DNA from: an uncultured Candidatus Saccharibacteria bacterium
GTDB lineage: Bacteria; Patescibacteriota; Minisyncoccia; Phycocordibacterales; UBA918
Reading direction: 5' to 3'
Assembly (NCBI GenBank): GCA_964608605.1
Contig: CAZSOS010000001.1
Location: 117,888 to 181,887, forward strand
Length of the DNA: 64,000 bases
Both the position numbers and the translations under genes were made by a program. The notes beneath the pieces are model-generated. The model was not told where the DNA came from. It worked only from the letters and a program-made list of their open reading frames with translations, and ran no database searches. Shown here in pieces: positions 28,528 through 38,017 of the stretch (position 1 is the stretch's first letter; every line of letters begins with the position of its first letter).

Positions 28528-29628
28528 ATGCAATTATCCGTAGGCATCGTGGGCCTTCCGAACGTGGGAAAGAGTACGCTTTTTAATGCTTTGACCCGCA
28601 GCAACGTTCTGATCGCGAACTACCCCTTCGCCACCATCGATCCTTCGGTGGGGGTGGTGGCCGTGCCCGACCATCGTCTCGAGACGCTCTCCAAGATCTC
28701 CGGCAGCGAGAAGATCATTCCAGCCGTGGTGGAGTTCGTCGATATCGCCGGCTTGGTGAAGGGAGCTTCGGCTGGCGAGGGTCTCGGCAACAAGTTCCTC
28801 CAGAATATTCGCGAGGTTTCCATGATCGCGGAGGTGGTGCGCATTTTCGACGACGAAGAGATCCATCACGTGGCCGGTGCCGTCGACCCCCTTGGAGATA
28901 TCGAGGTCATCAATTTGGAACTCATGATGGCTGACGCGGAAACTGTTTCTAAACGATTGGCTAATGTCGAGCGGGACGCCAAGCGGGGTGACAAGGCCGC
29001 TGCGGCGGAGAAGGAAGTCCTGGAGCGGATGTTGTCGCACTTGCAGGACGGCAAGCTGGCCAATTCCATGGAGATGACTGACGAGCAGCAGAAGCTCGTC
29101 AAGAACCTCCACCTGCTCACAATGAAGCAGTTTCTCTACGTCTGCAATCGCAAACAGGGAGCTTTCAACTTCGACGAACAGAACGATGATCGGTGGCAGA
29201 ATCTTCTGCACTTCTTTGAAAGTACCGGTTCCGAATACGTGGTGGTGGACGCCGGGATGGAGCATGAGCTTAAGGATATGGAAGAAGATGAGAAGCTCGA
29301 GTTTCGCCGCGAATATGGCGCGCAGGACAGCGGTATCGAGTCTTTGATCCGCGCTTGCTATCATCGCCTGGGCTTGATGTCGTACTTCACCACCGGTGAA
29401 AAGGAGACTCGCGCTTGGACGGTAGAGCAGGGTTCGACCGGACCGGAGGCGGGCGCGGCTATTCATACCGACTTCCAGACCAAGTACATCCGCGCGCAGG
29501 TGGTTTCTTTTGCTGATCTGGTGGCCGCTGGCTCGCTTGCGAAAGCTCGCGAGGTTGGTAAACTGCGCACAGAAGGCAAGGAATACATCGTCAAAGACGG
29601 CGATGTGATTGAGTTCATGGTCGGTTAG
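28528..29628 (+). CDS. ychF: ribosome-binding ATPase YchF (Obg-family GTPase)
   Basis: GIVGLPNVGKSTLFNALT G1 motif, C-terminal TGS domain FIRAQVVSFADL; start ATG 28528 rather than upstream-extended ORF. Confidence 0.9.
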   Translation: MQLSVGIVGLPNVGKSTLFNALTRSNVLIANYPFATIDPSVGVVAVPDHRLETLSKISGSEKIIPAVVEFVDIAGLVKGASAGEGLGNKFLQNIREVSMIAEVVRIFDDEEIHHVAGAVDPLGDIEVINLELMMADAETVSKRLANVERDAKRGDKAAAAEKEVLERMLSHLQDGKLANSMEMTDEQQKLVKNLHLLTMKQFLYVCNRKQGAFNFDEQNDDRWQNLLHFFESTGSEYVVVDAGMEHELKDMEEDEKLEFRREYGAQDSGIESLIRACYHRLGLMSYFTTGEKETRAWTVEQGSTGPEAGAAIHTDFQTKYIRAQVVSFADLVAAGSLAKAREVGKLRTEGKEYIVKDGDVIEFMVG

Positions 29629-29640
29629 AAGGAGGAAGTC

Positions 29641-29763
29641 ATGCAGTCGCATAGTCTGCTATTGAAAAGATTCGGAAAAGGAATTTTGTACGCCACCTTT
29701 TTCACTGGTGGTTTAGTCGGAGCGCTTATCGTCGCGATGAGAGTGACGCGTTTCTTGGTTTAA
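29641..29763 (+). CDS. small hydrophobic peptide (40 aa), not in supplied ORF track
   Basis: ATG 12 nt after ychF stop preceded by AAGGAGGAAGTC; single TM-like segment FFTGGLVGALIVAM. Confidence 0.45.
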   Translation: MQSHSLLLKRFGKGILYATFFTGGLVGALIVAMRVTRFLV

Positions 29764-29772
29764 ACGTTTAGA

Positions 29773-29804
29773 CGCGCCCCGGCCATCGGTCGGGGCGCTT
29801 TTTA
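29773..29804. terminator. rho-independent terminator
   Basis: GCGCCCCGgccatcggtCGGGGCGCTTTTT. Confidence 0.75.
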
Positions 29805-29902
29805 AATGGTATAATTCTGGGAGATGAAACGGCACGGAGGCGAAGCCGCCGTGCCGCCAAGACTACGTTCTACGTACTAATTACCACTAGCTAAATCTAT
29901 TT

Positions 29903-30799
29903 ATGGCAAAAAGTTTCGTGTTGCAGTTGGCGGCCTTAGCGACACTTTTCGTGTCCTTGCCCGCTTTTATCACGCTCTTGTTCTCCATCATCAACCTGCA
30001 GTTCCCGGATGCCACGGACAATTATTGGCAGATCGAAAGCGCCGAGTCGGCAATCCGCTACTCCATCGCCGTACTGGTCATCTTCTTCCCGGCTTATCTG
30101 GTCCTGACCCGGAAGGTGAACGAGTCCCGCCGTCATGAAGGTGAGCTCTACCACACGCTGACCCGCTGGCTCATCTACCTGGCCCTCTTGGTGGCCGGCA
30201 TGATCATGCTCGGGGACCTGGCGGTCGTGGTCTACACCTTCCTTAACGGCGAGATCACGGTCCGCTTCATCTTGAAGGCCGTGGCCTTGTTGCTGGTCAT
30301 CGGCGGAGCTTCCTATTACTACATGCTCGACGCCAAGGACCATTGGAAGAAGCGGGAAAGGATCTCGATGCAGATCGGCGGCGGGACTTTGGCCATCGTG
30401 GCGGTATTCGTCATCTATGGCTTCACTCTCATCGACGCTCCAAGCGTGGCGCGCGAGGTACGGCTGGATCAGACCCAAGTGAGCGATCTCCAGGATATCC
30501 AGTGGCGCGTGGAGGCTTATTATCAGGAGACCGACTCCTTCCCGGCCAACATCGACATGATCTACCGCGACTTGCCGGCCCCTAAGGCACCCGAAGGCCG
30601 AGAGGCGTACCAATTGCGGACCACTGGCCGCGATACTTACCTGCTTTGCGCCACTTTCGCCCATCCCACCCCGGCGAGCGATCGCATCGTGGTGAAGCCG
30701 ATCGGGTCCGGCAATGACGCCTATTTGCAGAATCAGAATTGGGAGCATGGAGCCGGAGAAAAGTGCTTCGAACGCAAGATCATCCCGCTGAATAATTAG
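29903..30799 (+). CDS. hypothetical membrane protein (4 TM N-terminal region plus C-terminal soluble domain)
   Basis: hydrophobic helices; competing minus-strand ORF is low-complexity. Confidence 0.6.
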   Translation: MAKSFVLQLAALATLFVSLPAFITLLFSIINLQFPDATDNYWQIESAESAIRYSIAVLVIFFPAYLVLTRKVNESRRHEGELYHTLTRWLIYLALLVAGMIMLGDLAVVVYTFLNGEITVRFILKAVALLLVIGGASYYYMLDAKDHWKKRERISMQIGGGTLAIVAVFVIYGFTLIDAPSVAREVRLDQTQVSDLQDIQWRVEAYYQETDSFPANIDMIYRDLPAPKAPEGREAYQLRTTGRDTYLLCATFAHPTPASDRIVVKPIGSGNDAYLQNQNWEHGAGEKCFERKIIPLNN

Positions 30800-30820
30800 A
30801 AATTGTGAAGAGCATAAAAT

Positions 30821-31306
30821 ATGAAAAAGTATTTGGTGTTGGCTGTAGTGGTTTTGGCTGGTGTTGTCCTAGCGTCTTACTTCATTAAAAGTAATGGAAG
30901 CTCTGTGCCATTGGTGAAAAATCAGGAAACTAGTGCCGCCCAGTTTTCTTGGGATGTTGTAGTGGACAGATCAGCATGCGATAGTCATATGTGCGACTCA
31001 GATCTTTACCTGAATTACGGTGAGCACCGTTTTCAAATCAATGACTACATCCGGTCAAGGATGATTGGGCAATGTGGGTCGTACGATGGTGCGTATGCTG
31101 ATTTGCGAGAACAGAATCCACGTTCTAATTTGCCAACCGAAGATAGCTTAGTAACCTACAAGGATTGTCTGGTTATGGGAGGAGGCAGCTTGTATTATGT
31201 ATTGGACCAAGGTACAGGGTATCAGGTGATGGAGAAAGAATTTAGCGATGCGGATTACTCTAGTGAACCAAGTAACCCAAGGGTCATATTTGTAATAGAG
31301 AAATAA
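30821..31306 (+). CDS. hypothetical secreted Cys-containing protein, AT-rich gene
   Basis: signal-like MKKYLVLAVVVLAGVVLAS; lower GC than surroundings. Confidence 0.5.
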   Translation: MKKYLVLAVVVLAGVVLASYFIKSNGSSVPLVKNQETSAAQFSWDVVVDRSACDSHMCDSDLYLNYGEHRFQINDYIRSRMIGQCGSYDGAYADLREQNPRSNLPTEDSLVTYKDCLVMGGGSLYYVLDQGTGYQVMEKEFSDADYSSEPSNPRVIFVIEK

Positions 31307-31397
31307 AGCGTTGCTAACGACCAGGTTGAACAATCATGATAATCACTGCATAATGACTTCCATATCGGAGGTCATTTTGCTTATATAGTCCTTAATT

Positions 31398-34214
31398 ATG
31401 CATAAAAAGTTCGATCATCAGGCCATAGAGAAGAAATGGCAGGAAAAATGGCGGGAGAGCGACCTCTATCGGACCGATGGCGATTCCGCCAAGGAGAAGG
31501 TCTACGTGCTCGACATGTTCCCGTATCCATCCGGCGAAGGCCTCCATGTCGGACACCCGAAGGGCTACATCGCCACCGACGTCTACTCACGTTTTAAAAA
31601 GATGAGCGGCTTCGAAGTGCTGCACCCGATGGGTTGGGACGCTTTCGGCCTGCCGGCGGAGAACTTCGCCATCAAACACAAAGTGCATCCGCGAGTAGCG
31701 GTGGAGAAGAACATCGCCAATTTCAAGGAGCAGCTGGCGCATCTGGGCTTCAATTACGATTGGTCGAGGGAGATCAACACCACCGATCCCGAATACTACA
31801 AGTGGACGCAGTGGATCTTCCTGAAGCTCTTGGAGAAAGGTCTGGCCTACGAGTCGCGCGAGCCGATCAACTGGTGTCCTGGCTGTCAGACGGGCCTGGC
31901 CAATGAGGACCTTGAAAGCGACGGTACTTGCGAGCGCTGCGGCTCGGTCGTCGAGAAACGGCCGATGCGCCAGTGGGTCTTGAAGATCACCGCCTATGCC
32001 GATCGGATGCTCGAAGATCTGGAGACGCTGACCGCCTGGCCCGAACACATCAAAGAAGCGCAACGCAACTGGATCGGCCGTAGCGAAGGCGCCGAGATCG
32101 ACTTCAAACTTACCAGCGGCGAGACCGTTACTGTTTTCACAACCCGGCCGGATACGCTCTTTGGCGCTACCTACCTGGTGCTAGCGCCCGAGCATGAATT
32201 GGTTGCTAGATTAGCGATCGAAAACAAAGACGAAGTGGCGGGGTACGTGCGAGCGACCGCCGAAAAGACCGAGATCGATCGCACCAACGCCGAGAAGGAA
32301 AAGACCGGCGTGGAATTAAAAGGCGTCAAGGCGATAAATCCAGGGAATGGCGAAGAAATTCCGGTCTTTATCGCCGACTATGTCCTCTCTCACTACGGCA
32401 CCGGTGCCATCATGGCCGTCCCGGCGCACGATGAGCGTGACGGCGCATTCGCGCGGAAGTTCGGTTTGCCGATTAAAGTGGTGATCGCACACGAATACGT
32501 CAACATCAAAGAAGGAGTAGAGACATTGGAGCGTGGTGATGTCGTCGATCTCATCATTGAGCACCCCACGAACGGTACCTTTTTGTTGCAACGTGAGAAA
32601 GATGAACATGGGCCAGATCATGTTCACTTTGTAGGCGGCGGTACGGAAGGGGAGTCGCATGAGGACGCCATTGCCAAAGAGTTAGTCGAAGAAACTGGTT
32701 TCCAGAATTTTGAGATCATTGGCACGCCAGTAAACGTGACCAACGCCTTCGCGTATCGGCACAATAAGAACAAGAATCAAAAAACCAGAAGTCACTTCTA
32801 CTATATAAAGCTGAAAAATCTGGACCAGATCCCTTCTGAGATCGAGGAAGGTAAACACACGATCGAGTGGGTATCGAAAGAACAGCTGGACAAGCTGATC
32901 ACTTGGGACGCGCACAGGGCCGCCTGGAATAATTTTATTGGCAAGGAATATCTGACCAAGAGTGGGATGCTGGTCTTTTCAGACGAGTTTTCTGGTATGG
33001 ATTCTGAAGAGGCCAAGAAATCTATTGTGGAGAAGGTGGGCGGACGGATGACGAATACCTACCGTTTAAATGACTGGGTGTTCTCACGCCAGCGGTATTG
33101 GGGCGAGCCCATTCCGGTGATTCACTGCTCCAATTGCGGCGTGGTGCCGGTTCCCTATGACCAACTGCCGGTGAAGCTGCCTGAAGTGGAACATTACGAG
33201 CCGACCGGTACGGGAGAGTCGCCGCTGGCGGCTATCGACGACTGGGTCAATGTGGACTGCCCGAAGTGCGGCGGCCCGGCCAAGCGCGAGACCAATACTA
33301 TGCCGCAATGGGCCGGTTCTTCGTGGTATTACCTCCGCTTCATCGATCCGAAGAACGACCAGGATTTGATAGACCCGGAGAAGGAAAAGAAATGGGCGCC
33401 GGTGGACGTCTACGTGGGCGGCGACCACGCCGTCAGGCACCTGATCTACGCTCGCTTCTGGCATAAATTCCTCTACGATCTGGGCGTGGTTTCCACCATC
33501 GAGCCTTTCATGCGGTTGGAGTTCCTGGGCTTCATCCTGGCCGAGGATGGACGCAAGATGTCCAAGCGCTGGGGCAATATCATCAATCCGGACGATATCG
33601 TGAAGCAGAATGGCGCGGACGCTTTGCGCGTCTACGAGATGTTCATGGGTCCGTTCGAGAACACGGTGGCCTGGAGCACCAATGGCCTTGTGGGAGCGCA
33701 ACGTTTTGTCGAGAGAGTGAACGGTCTTTCCGAGGACATCACGGAAGCTGAACCAGCCGAGACCTCGCGGCTGCTGCATAAGACTATCAAGAAGGTGCGC
33801 GATGACATCGAATCGTTCAAATTCAACACGGCGGTGAGCGCCATGATGATCTTCGTGAACGCGGCGGAAAAGAGCGGACTATCTCAGGGATCATACGAGA
33901 CCTTCCTGAAGCTCTTGGCACCCTTCGCGCCGCATCTTTGCGAGGAGCTGTGGGAGGCGGCCGGACACGGGACGTCGATCCATCTGGAAGAATATCCGAG
34001 CTTCGATGCCGCTTTGGCTAAGGACGATCTGGTGACCATCGGCGTGCAGATAAACGGCAAAGCCCGCGGATCCATCACCATCGCGCCGGAGGCGGATGAA
34101 GCGGCCGCGATCGCCGCCGCCAAGGAGGAACCCGGCTTGGCGAAGTATCTGGAAGCGGGGGAGTTGAAGAAGGTGGTCTATGTTCCGGGTCGCATCCTGA
34201 ACCTGATCGTCTGA
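31398..34214 (+). CDS. leuS: leucine--tRNA ligase with an embedded Nudix hydrolase domain (aa ~364-518)
   Basis: class I HVGHP (HIGH) and KMSKR motifs, editing-domain TTRPDT..HDERD; insert contains Nudix box GGGTEGESHEDAIAKELVEETGF. Confidence 0.95.
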   Translation: MHKKFDHQAIEKKWQEKWRESDLYRTDGDSAKEKVYVLDMFPYPSGEGLHVGHPKGYIATDVYSRFKKMSGFEVLHPMGWDAFGLPAENFAIKHKVHPRVAVEKNIANFKEQLAHLGFNYDWSREINTTDPEYYKWTQWIFLKLLEKGLAYESREPINWCPGCQTGLANEDLESDGTCERCGSVVEKRPMRQWVLKITAYADRMLEDLETLTAWPEHIKEAQRNWIGRSEGAEIDFKLTSGETVTVFTTRPDTLFGATYLVLAPEHELVARLAIENKDEVAGYVRATAEKTEIDRTNAEKEKTGVELKGVKAINPGNGEEIPVFIADYVLSHYGTGAIMAVPAHDERDGAFARKFGLPIKVVIAHEYVNIKEGVETLERGDVVDLIIEHPTNGTFLLQREKDEHGPDHVHFVGGGTEGESHEDAIAKELVEETGFQNFEIIGTPVNVTNAFAYRHNKNKNQKTRSHFYYIKLKNLDQIPSEIEEGKHTIEWVSKEQLDKLITWDAHRAAWNNFIGKEYLTKSGMLVFSDEFSGMDSEEAKKSIVEKVGGRMTNTYRLNDWVFSRQRYWGEPIPVIHCSNCGVVPVPYDQLPVKLPEVEHYEPTGTGESPLAAIDDWVNVDCPKCGGPAKRETNTMPQWAGSSWYYLRFIDPKNDQDLIDPEKEKKWAPVDVYVGGDHAVRHLIYARFWHKFLYDLGVVSTIEPFMRLEFLGFILAEDGRKMSKRWGNIINPDDIVKQNGADALRVYEMFMGPFENTVAWSTNGLVGAQRFVERVNGLSEDITEAEPAETSRLLHKTIKKVRDDIESFKFNTAVSAMMIFVNAAEKSGLSQGSYETFLKLLAPFAPHLCEELWEAAGHGTSIHLEEYPSFDAALAKDDLVTIGVQINGKARGSITIAPEADEAAAIAAAKEEPGLAKYLEAGELKKVVYVPGRILNLIV

Positions 34215-34295
34215 ACGGACGACGGTCGCATTGGACAATGTAGTTGACGTATTTGAAAGGTAGTGGTAGTATGCTGATATTCATTAATTCAAATT

Positions 34296-35324
34296 ATGAT
34301 CACCTTTAAACCGAAGCAGATAACCAAGAAGCTCTTGTCATCCCTTCCGGACCGGGCCCGCGACGTGCTCGAGAAGCGTTACGGACTGGGCGCTGACGCC
34401 GAAGCTTATACTCTAGAATCCATCGGCCAGGCCTACGGCATCACCCGCGAACGCGTGCGCCAGATCGAGGGTTACGGCATCGGTTCCATCCAGAAATCTG
34501 ATGCTTACAAGGAGTTCGCTCCGGTCTTCGAGGAGCTCCACCGGCTGATCGGAGAGCTCGGCGGCGGCGTCATCGCCGAGGATCATCTCTTGGACATGCT
34601 GGCCAAGGATCAGTCGACCCGCAACCACATCTTCTTCCTCCTGGTAGTGGGTGATCCTTTCTACCGTTCCAAGGAGAACAACTCCTATCTGCACCGCTGG
34701 TTCACCGAGAAGAAGATCGCTGACGCGGTCGAGAAGGCTCTCAAGAACGTGCATCAGTCCTTAGAGCGCGACCAGCTCATCACCGAAGAGGAGATCTTGA
34801 CCCGCTTCCGCGACCAGCTCATCGAGATCGCCGATCGTCATGACGAGGATATCTTGAAGCGGTGGCTCCTCATCTCCAAGGACATCGCCCGGAACCCCCT
34901 CGGCGAATGGGGTCATGCCACCAGCCCGAACGTGAAGGTGAAGGGCATCCGCGACTACGCTTACCTGGTGGTGAAGCGCCACGGTTCTCCCATGCACTTC
35001 CGCGAGGTGGCTAAGGCCATCGAAGAGCTTTTTAATCGCAAGGCCCACATCGCCACTACCCACAACGAGCTCATCAAGGACAAACGCTTCGTTCTAGTCG
35101 GCCGCGGACTCTATGCTCTCTCCGAGTGGGGCTACTCCGCCGGCGTCGTTAAGGACGTGCTGCGCGACATTCTCGAGAAGCACGGTCCTCTGACCCGCGA
35201 GGAGATCATCGACAAGGTCCGCAAGGAACGCTACGTGAAGGACAACACTATCATCGTCAACTTGCAGGACACCAATCTTTTCAAGAGACTGGGGAACGGC
35301 GCTTACACGCTGGTGACCGAGTAA
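34296..35324 (+). CDS. putative DNA-binding protein: sigma-70 region-4-like HTH followed by HARE-HTH-like modules
   Basis: AYTLESIGQAYGITRERVRQIE resembles sigma70 r4; HFREVAKAIEELF and LTREEIIDKVRK...GNGAYTLV resemble RpoE/HARE-HTH. Confidence 0.5.
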   Translation: MITFKPKQITKKLLSSLPDRARDVLEKRYGLGADAEAYTLESIGQAYGITRERVRQIEGYGIGSIQKSDAYKEFAPVFEELHRLIGELGGGVIAEDHLLDMLAKDQSTRNHIFFLLVVGDPFYRSKENNSYLHRWFTEKKIADAVEKALKNVHQSLERDQLITEEEILTRFRDQLIEIADRHDEDILKRWLLISKDIARNPLGEWGHATSPNVKVKGIRDYAYLVVKRHGSPMHFREVAKAIEELFNRKAHIATTHNELIKDKRFVLVGRGLYALSEWGYSAGVVKDVLRDILEKHGPLTREEIIDKVRKERYVKDNTIIVNLQDTNLFKRLGNGAYTLVTE

Positions 35325-35421
35325 GGTAGAGGCGCGAAAAAGGCGGATCATATGATCCGCCTTTTTCGCGCCCGGCGCTCACTTTGCCGAAAACAGGTGT
35401 GCTATCATTTAAAGACAAATT

Positions 35422-36876
35422 ATGGCCGAAAAGAAAAAACCGCCATCCTCTCTAGGTCTGCTGCTTGACGGCAAGTTCGTCAGCGATGATAAGAAGAAAA
35501 AGGTGCCGATCATCGGCGGCCCGCTTAATTGGATGAGTGGCAACGACATGGATATCGGCCCGGTGGTGGCGCTCTTGGCGCTGTCCCTGCTTCTTATCGG
35601 TCTCTTAGTCTTCGGTGTCTCCACCGGCCAGGTACTGTCGGTCTTCTTCGCGCTGACACCGATCTGGCTGCCGATCGTGCTGTTTTTGGTCTTCTTCGAG
35701 AAATGGATGGACATGGTGGGGGCGGCTTTCGCCCTAAGTCAAGGACGGGCCACGATGAGGCTGCGCCTGCCGCCGGAAGTGTTCAAGTCTCCCGAAGCGA
35801 TGGAATTCGTCATTTCGCAGATCCACAACACCGCCAACCCGGACAACCTCTTCCAAACCTACATCGATGGCAAGCGCCCGCTTAACTTCTCCTTTGAGAT
35901 CGTCTCCATTGGCGGCGAGGTGCGTTTCTACGTGAACACGCAGCGCAAACCGACCAAGGATGCCATCGAGGCCAACTTGTACGCTCAGTACCCCGGTATC
36001 GAGGTCATCGAAGAACCGGTCGATTACGCCGCCGAGATACCGCTTGATTTCGAGGACGAGTACGAACTCATGAGTTTCCACATGGGCAAAAAGAAGGATG
36101 GCGAGATGCCGATCAAGACCTATATCGACTTCGGACTCGATAAGCTGCCCAAGGAAGAGGAGAAATTGGACCCGATGACGCCGATGCTCGAGGTGCTTTC
36201 CACGATCAAGCCCTACGAGCGCGTCTTCATCCAGATCGTGGCTAAGTCCTTCAGGAAGAGCAGTTTCAAGAACGGCCAGTTGCAACTCAGCGAGGGTGAC
36301 GATTGGACCAAGGCCGCCGCCGCCAAGATAAACAAGATCATGAATCGCGATGGCGAGAAGAAGACGCCGCTCGGCATGAAAAGCGGCGGAGACGAGGACG
36401 ACGAGCGCGGGCAGATGGCCATGCTCACCATGGGTGAGAAGGACGACATCGCCGCCATCGAGCGCAACATGACCAAGTACGCTTTCAGCACCTCTATTCG
36501 CTGGGTCTATGTCACCAAGAAGGGCAAATTCAACGGCGCCATCATCAATCCGATCATTCGCTCCTTCAGCCAGTACGATATGATCGGGCGTAATGAGATC
36601 GGCGTGCGCTGGCGCACGGACATGGGTTACAAGGACTATATCCCTGGCCAGAAGAAAGCCATCGCCGGATTGAAGAAGCAGGAATGGAAGGAATATCGCC
36701 GCCGGGTCATCTATCCGAAGAACAAGGCCGGTGAGCCGAAGATCTTTACGGCCGAAGAACTGGCCACCATGTTCCATATGCCGGGTAAGGTGGCCTTGAC
36801 GCCGACCCTCGACCGCGTACCTTCGACTCGAGGCGAGGCCCCGGCCAATCTGCCGATCGGCGAATTGCCGCAATAA
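35422..36876 (+). CDS. hypothetical membrane protein (484 aa), Lys-rich
   Basis: 2-3 N-terminal TM helices then large soluble region; no domain recognised. Confidence 0.55.
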   Translation: MAEKKKPPSSLGLLLDGKFVSDDKKKKVPIIGGPLNWMSGNDMDIGPVVALLALSLLLIGLLVFGVSTGQVLSVFFALTPIWLPIVLFLVFFEKWMDMVGAAFALSQGRATMRLRLPPEVFKSPEAMEFVISQIHNTANPDNLFQTYIDGKRPLNFSFEIVSIGGEVRFYVNTQRKPTKDAIEANLYAQYPGIEVIEEPVDYAAEIPLDFEDEYELMSFHMGKKKDGEMPIKTYIDFGLDKLPKEEEKLDPMTPMLEVLSTIKPYERVFIQIVAKSFRKSSFKNGQLQLSEGDDWTKAAAAKINKIMNRDGEKKTPLGMKSGGDEDDERGQMAMLTMGEKDDIAAIERNMTKYAFSTSIRWVYVTKKGKFNGAIINPIIRSFSQYDMIGRNEIGVRWRTDMGYKDYIPGQKKAIAGLKKQEWKEYRRRVIYPKNKAGEPKIFTAEELATMFHMPGKVALTPTLDRVPSTRGEAPANLPIGELPQ

Positions 36877-37013
36877 GCCTAAAATGGCGAATTTCGTCGT
36901 TGTGCTGCGGCATTTCAACACTCGCTCTATGGCTCGTAGCATTCGTGTTAAAATCCTTGCACGTCCAGAATCTCATCCATTTTTAGACTTATTGTATCGC
37001 TAGATAGAATGTA

Positions 37014-37997
37014 ATGATCGAAACGTTTGAAGTACGGCGACCGCGGAGGTACGCGTGGGTGAAGGCGGGCGGGTTTGCCTTGTTTCTTTTGGTGGCTATT
37101 TTTAGCGCGCTCGCATGGCAAACCCGCCCGCCCGCCGACTTCCCGGTCAATGACGCGGTTGTGATCACTCGCGGTCTGTCGGCCTCGGAAATAGCCGATC
37201 TGATGAGCGAACGCTCCGTCACGCGTTCCAGCCTGTTCTTGTATCTGACCCTGGTCTGGCGACATGACCCGAACAACATCCAGGCCGGCACGTTCCTTTT
37301 CGATCGGCCCTTGAGCGTTTTTGAGGTGGCCGAGCGCATCACCACCCTTGGCGCCACCGAGAATCTGGTGGTACTGACCCTCCCCGAGGGCTACACCGCC
37401 AAGGAATTCGCTTATCTGGCGGAGGGATCATTGCCGAATTTCAATGAAGCTGAATTCGCCGCGACCGCCAAAAGCAAGGAAGGTTATCTTTTCCCGGACA
37501 CCTACTATCTGCCCGCCGATTTTACCAATGTCGAACTGCTGGAGCTGCTTTTAGAAACATATCAGCAAAAAACCGCGGGACTGCGAGAGAGAATGATCGA
37601 TCATCCTCTTGGTGAACGCGGAGTGCTCATACTGGCTTCCCTGATCGAGCGCGAAGCCAACACGGAGGAGTCCATGCGTTTGGTCTCGGGAATACTGCAA
37701 AACCGTCTCAACGAAGGCATGCGCCTCCAGGTCGACGCTTCCATGGAGTACGTGCTGGAGCGGCCATTAAACACTCTAGGACCGGAAGATCTGGAAAGTG
37801 ACACGCCGTATAACACTTACCTGTACGGTGGTCTGCCGCCCACGCCGATCGGCAATCCTGGTCTGCGCGCCATCGAAGCGGTGCTGGAACCCCTGGACAG
37901 CGATTATCTCTATTATGTCACGGACGCGGAAGGAAAGTTCTATTACGCCGAGACGTTCGACGAACATCGGGCAAATATTGCACGCTACTTGCGTTGA
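37014..37997 (+). CDS. mltG: endolytic murein transglycosylase MltG (YceG-like)
   Basis: N-terminal TM anchor, LASLIEREA and YNTYLYGGLPPTPIGNPG YceG signature. Confidence 0.85.
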   Translation: MIETFEVRRPRRYAWVKAGGFALFLLVAIFSALAWQTRPPADFPVNDAVVITRGLSASEIADLMSERSVTRSSLFLYLTLVWRHDPNNIQAGTFLFDRPLSVFEVAERITTLGATENLVVLTLPEGYTAKEFAYLAEGSLPNFNEAEFAATAKSKEGYLFPDTYYLPADFTNVELLELLLETYQQKTAGLRERMIDHPLGERGVLILASLIEREANTEESMRLVSGILQNRLNEGMRLQVDASMEYVLERPLNTLGPEDLESDTPYNTYLYGGLPPTPIGNPGLRAIEAVLEPLDSDYLYYVTDAEGKFYYAETFDEHRANIARYLR

Positions 37998-38017
37998 TCG
38001 TGTTATTATTTTAGGTA

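Noticed and set aside
28534-29652. 372-aa minus-strand ORF opposite ychF, plus other antisense ORFs (29936..30748, 40199..41116, 48440..49063, 15632..16339, 20213..20893)
   Set aside because: All overlap better-supported sense genes and have low-complexity composition without promoter or RBS context.
29812-29865. 17-codon ORF starting 7 nt after TATAAT at 29806
   Set aside because: It is too short, has no conservation cue and sits in the leader or promoter region of the 29903 membrane-protein gene. It is more likely just 5' UTR.
32487-32951. LeuRS insertion considered as an intein
   Set aside because: There is no Cys/Ser/Thr at the N-junction, no HN-[CST] at the C-junction and no LAGLIDADG/HNH blocks. 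The insert instead carries an exact Nudix box.
35734-36942. 402-aa minus-strand ORF opposite the 35422..36876 membrane protein
   Set aside because: Low-complexity R/H/G/L-rich translation and no start context. The + strand product has clear TM helices and a Lys-rich composition typical of the other real genes here.
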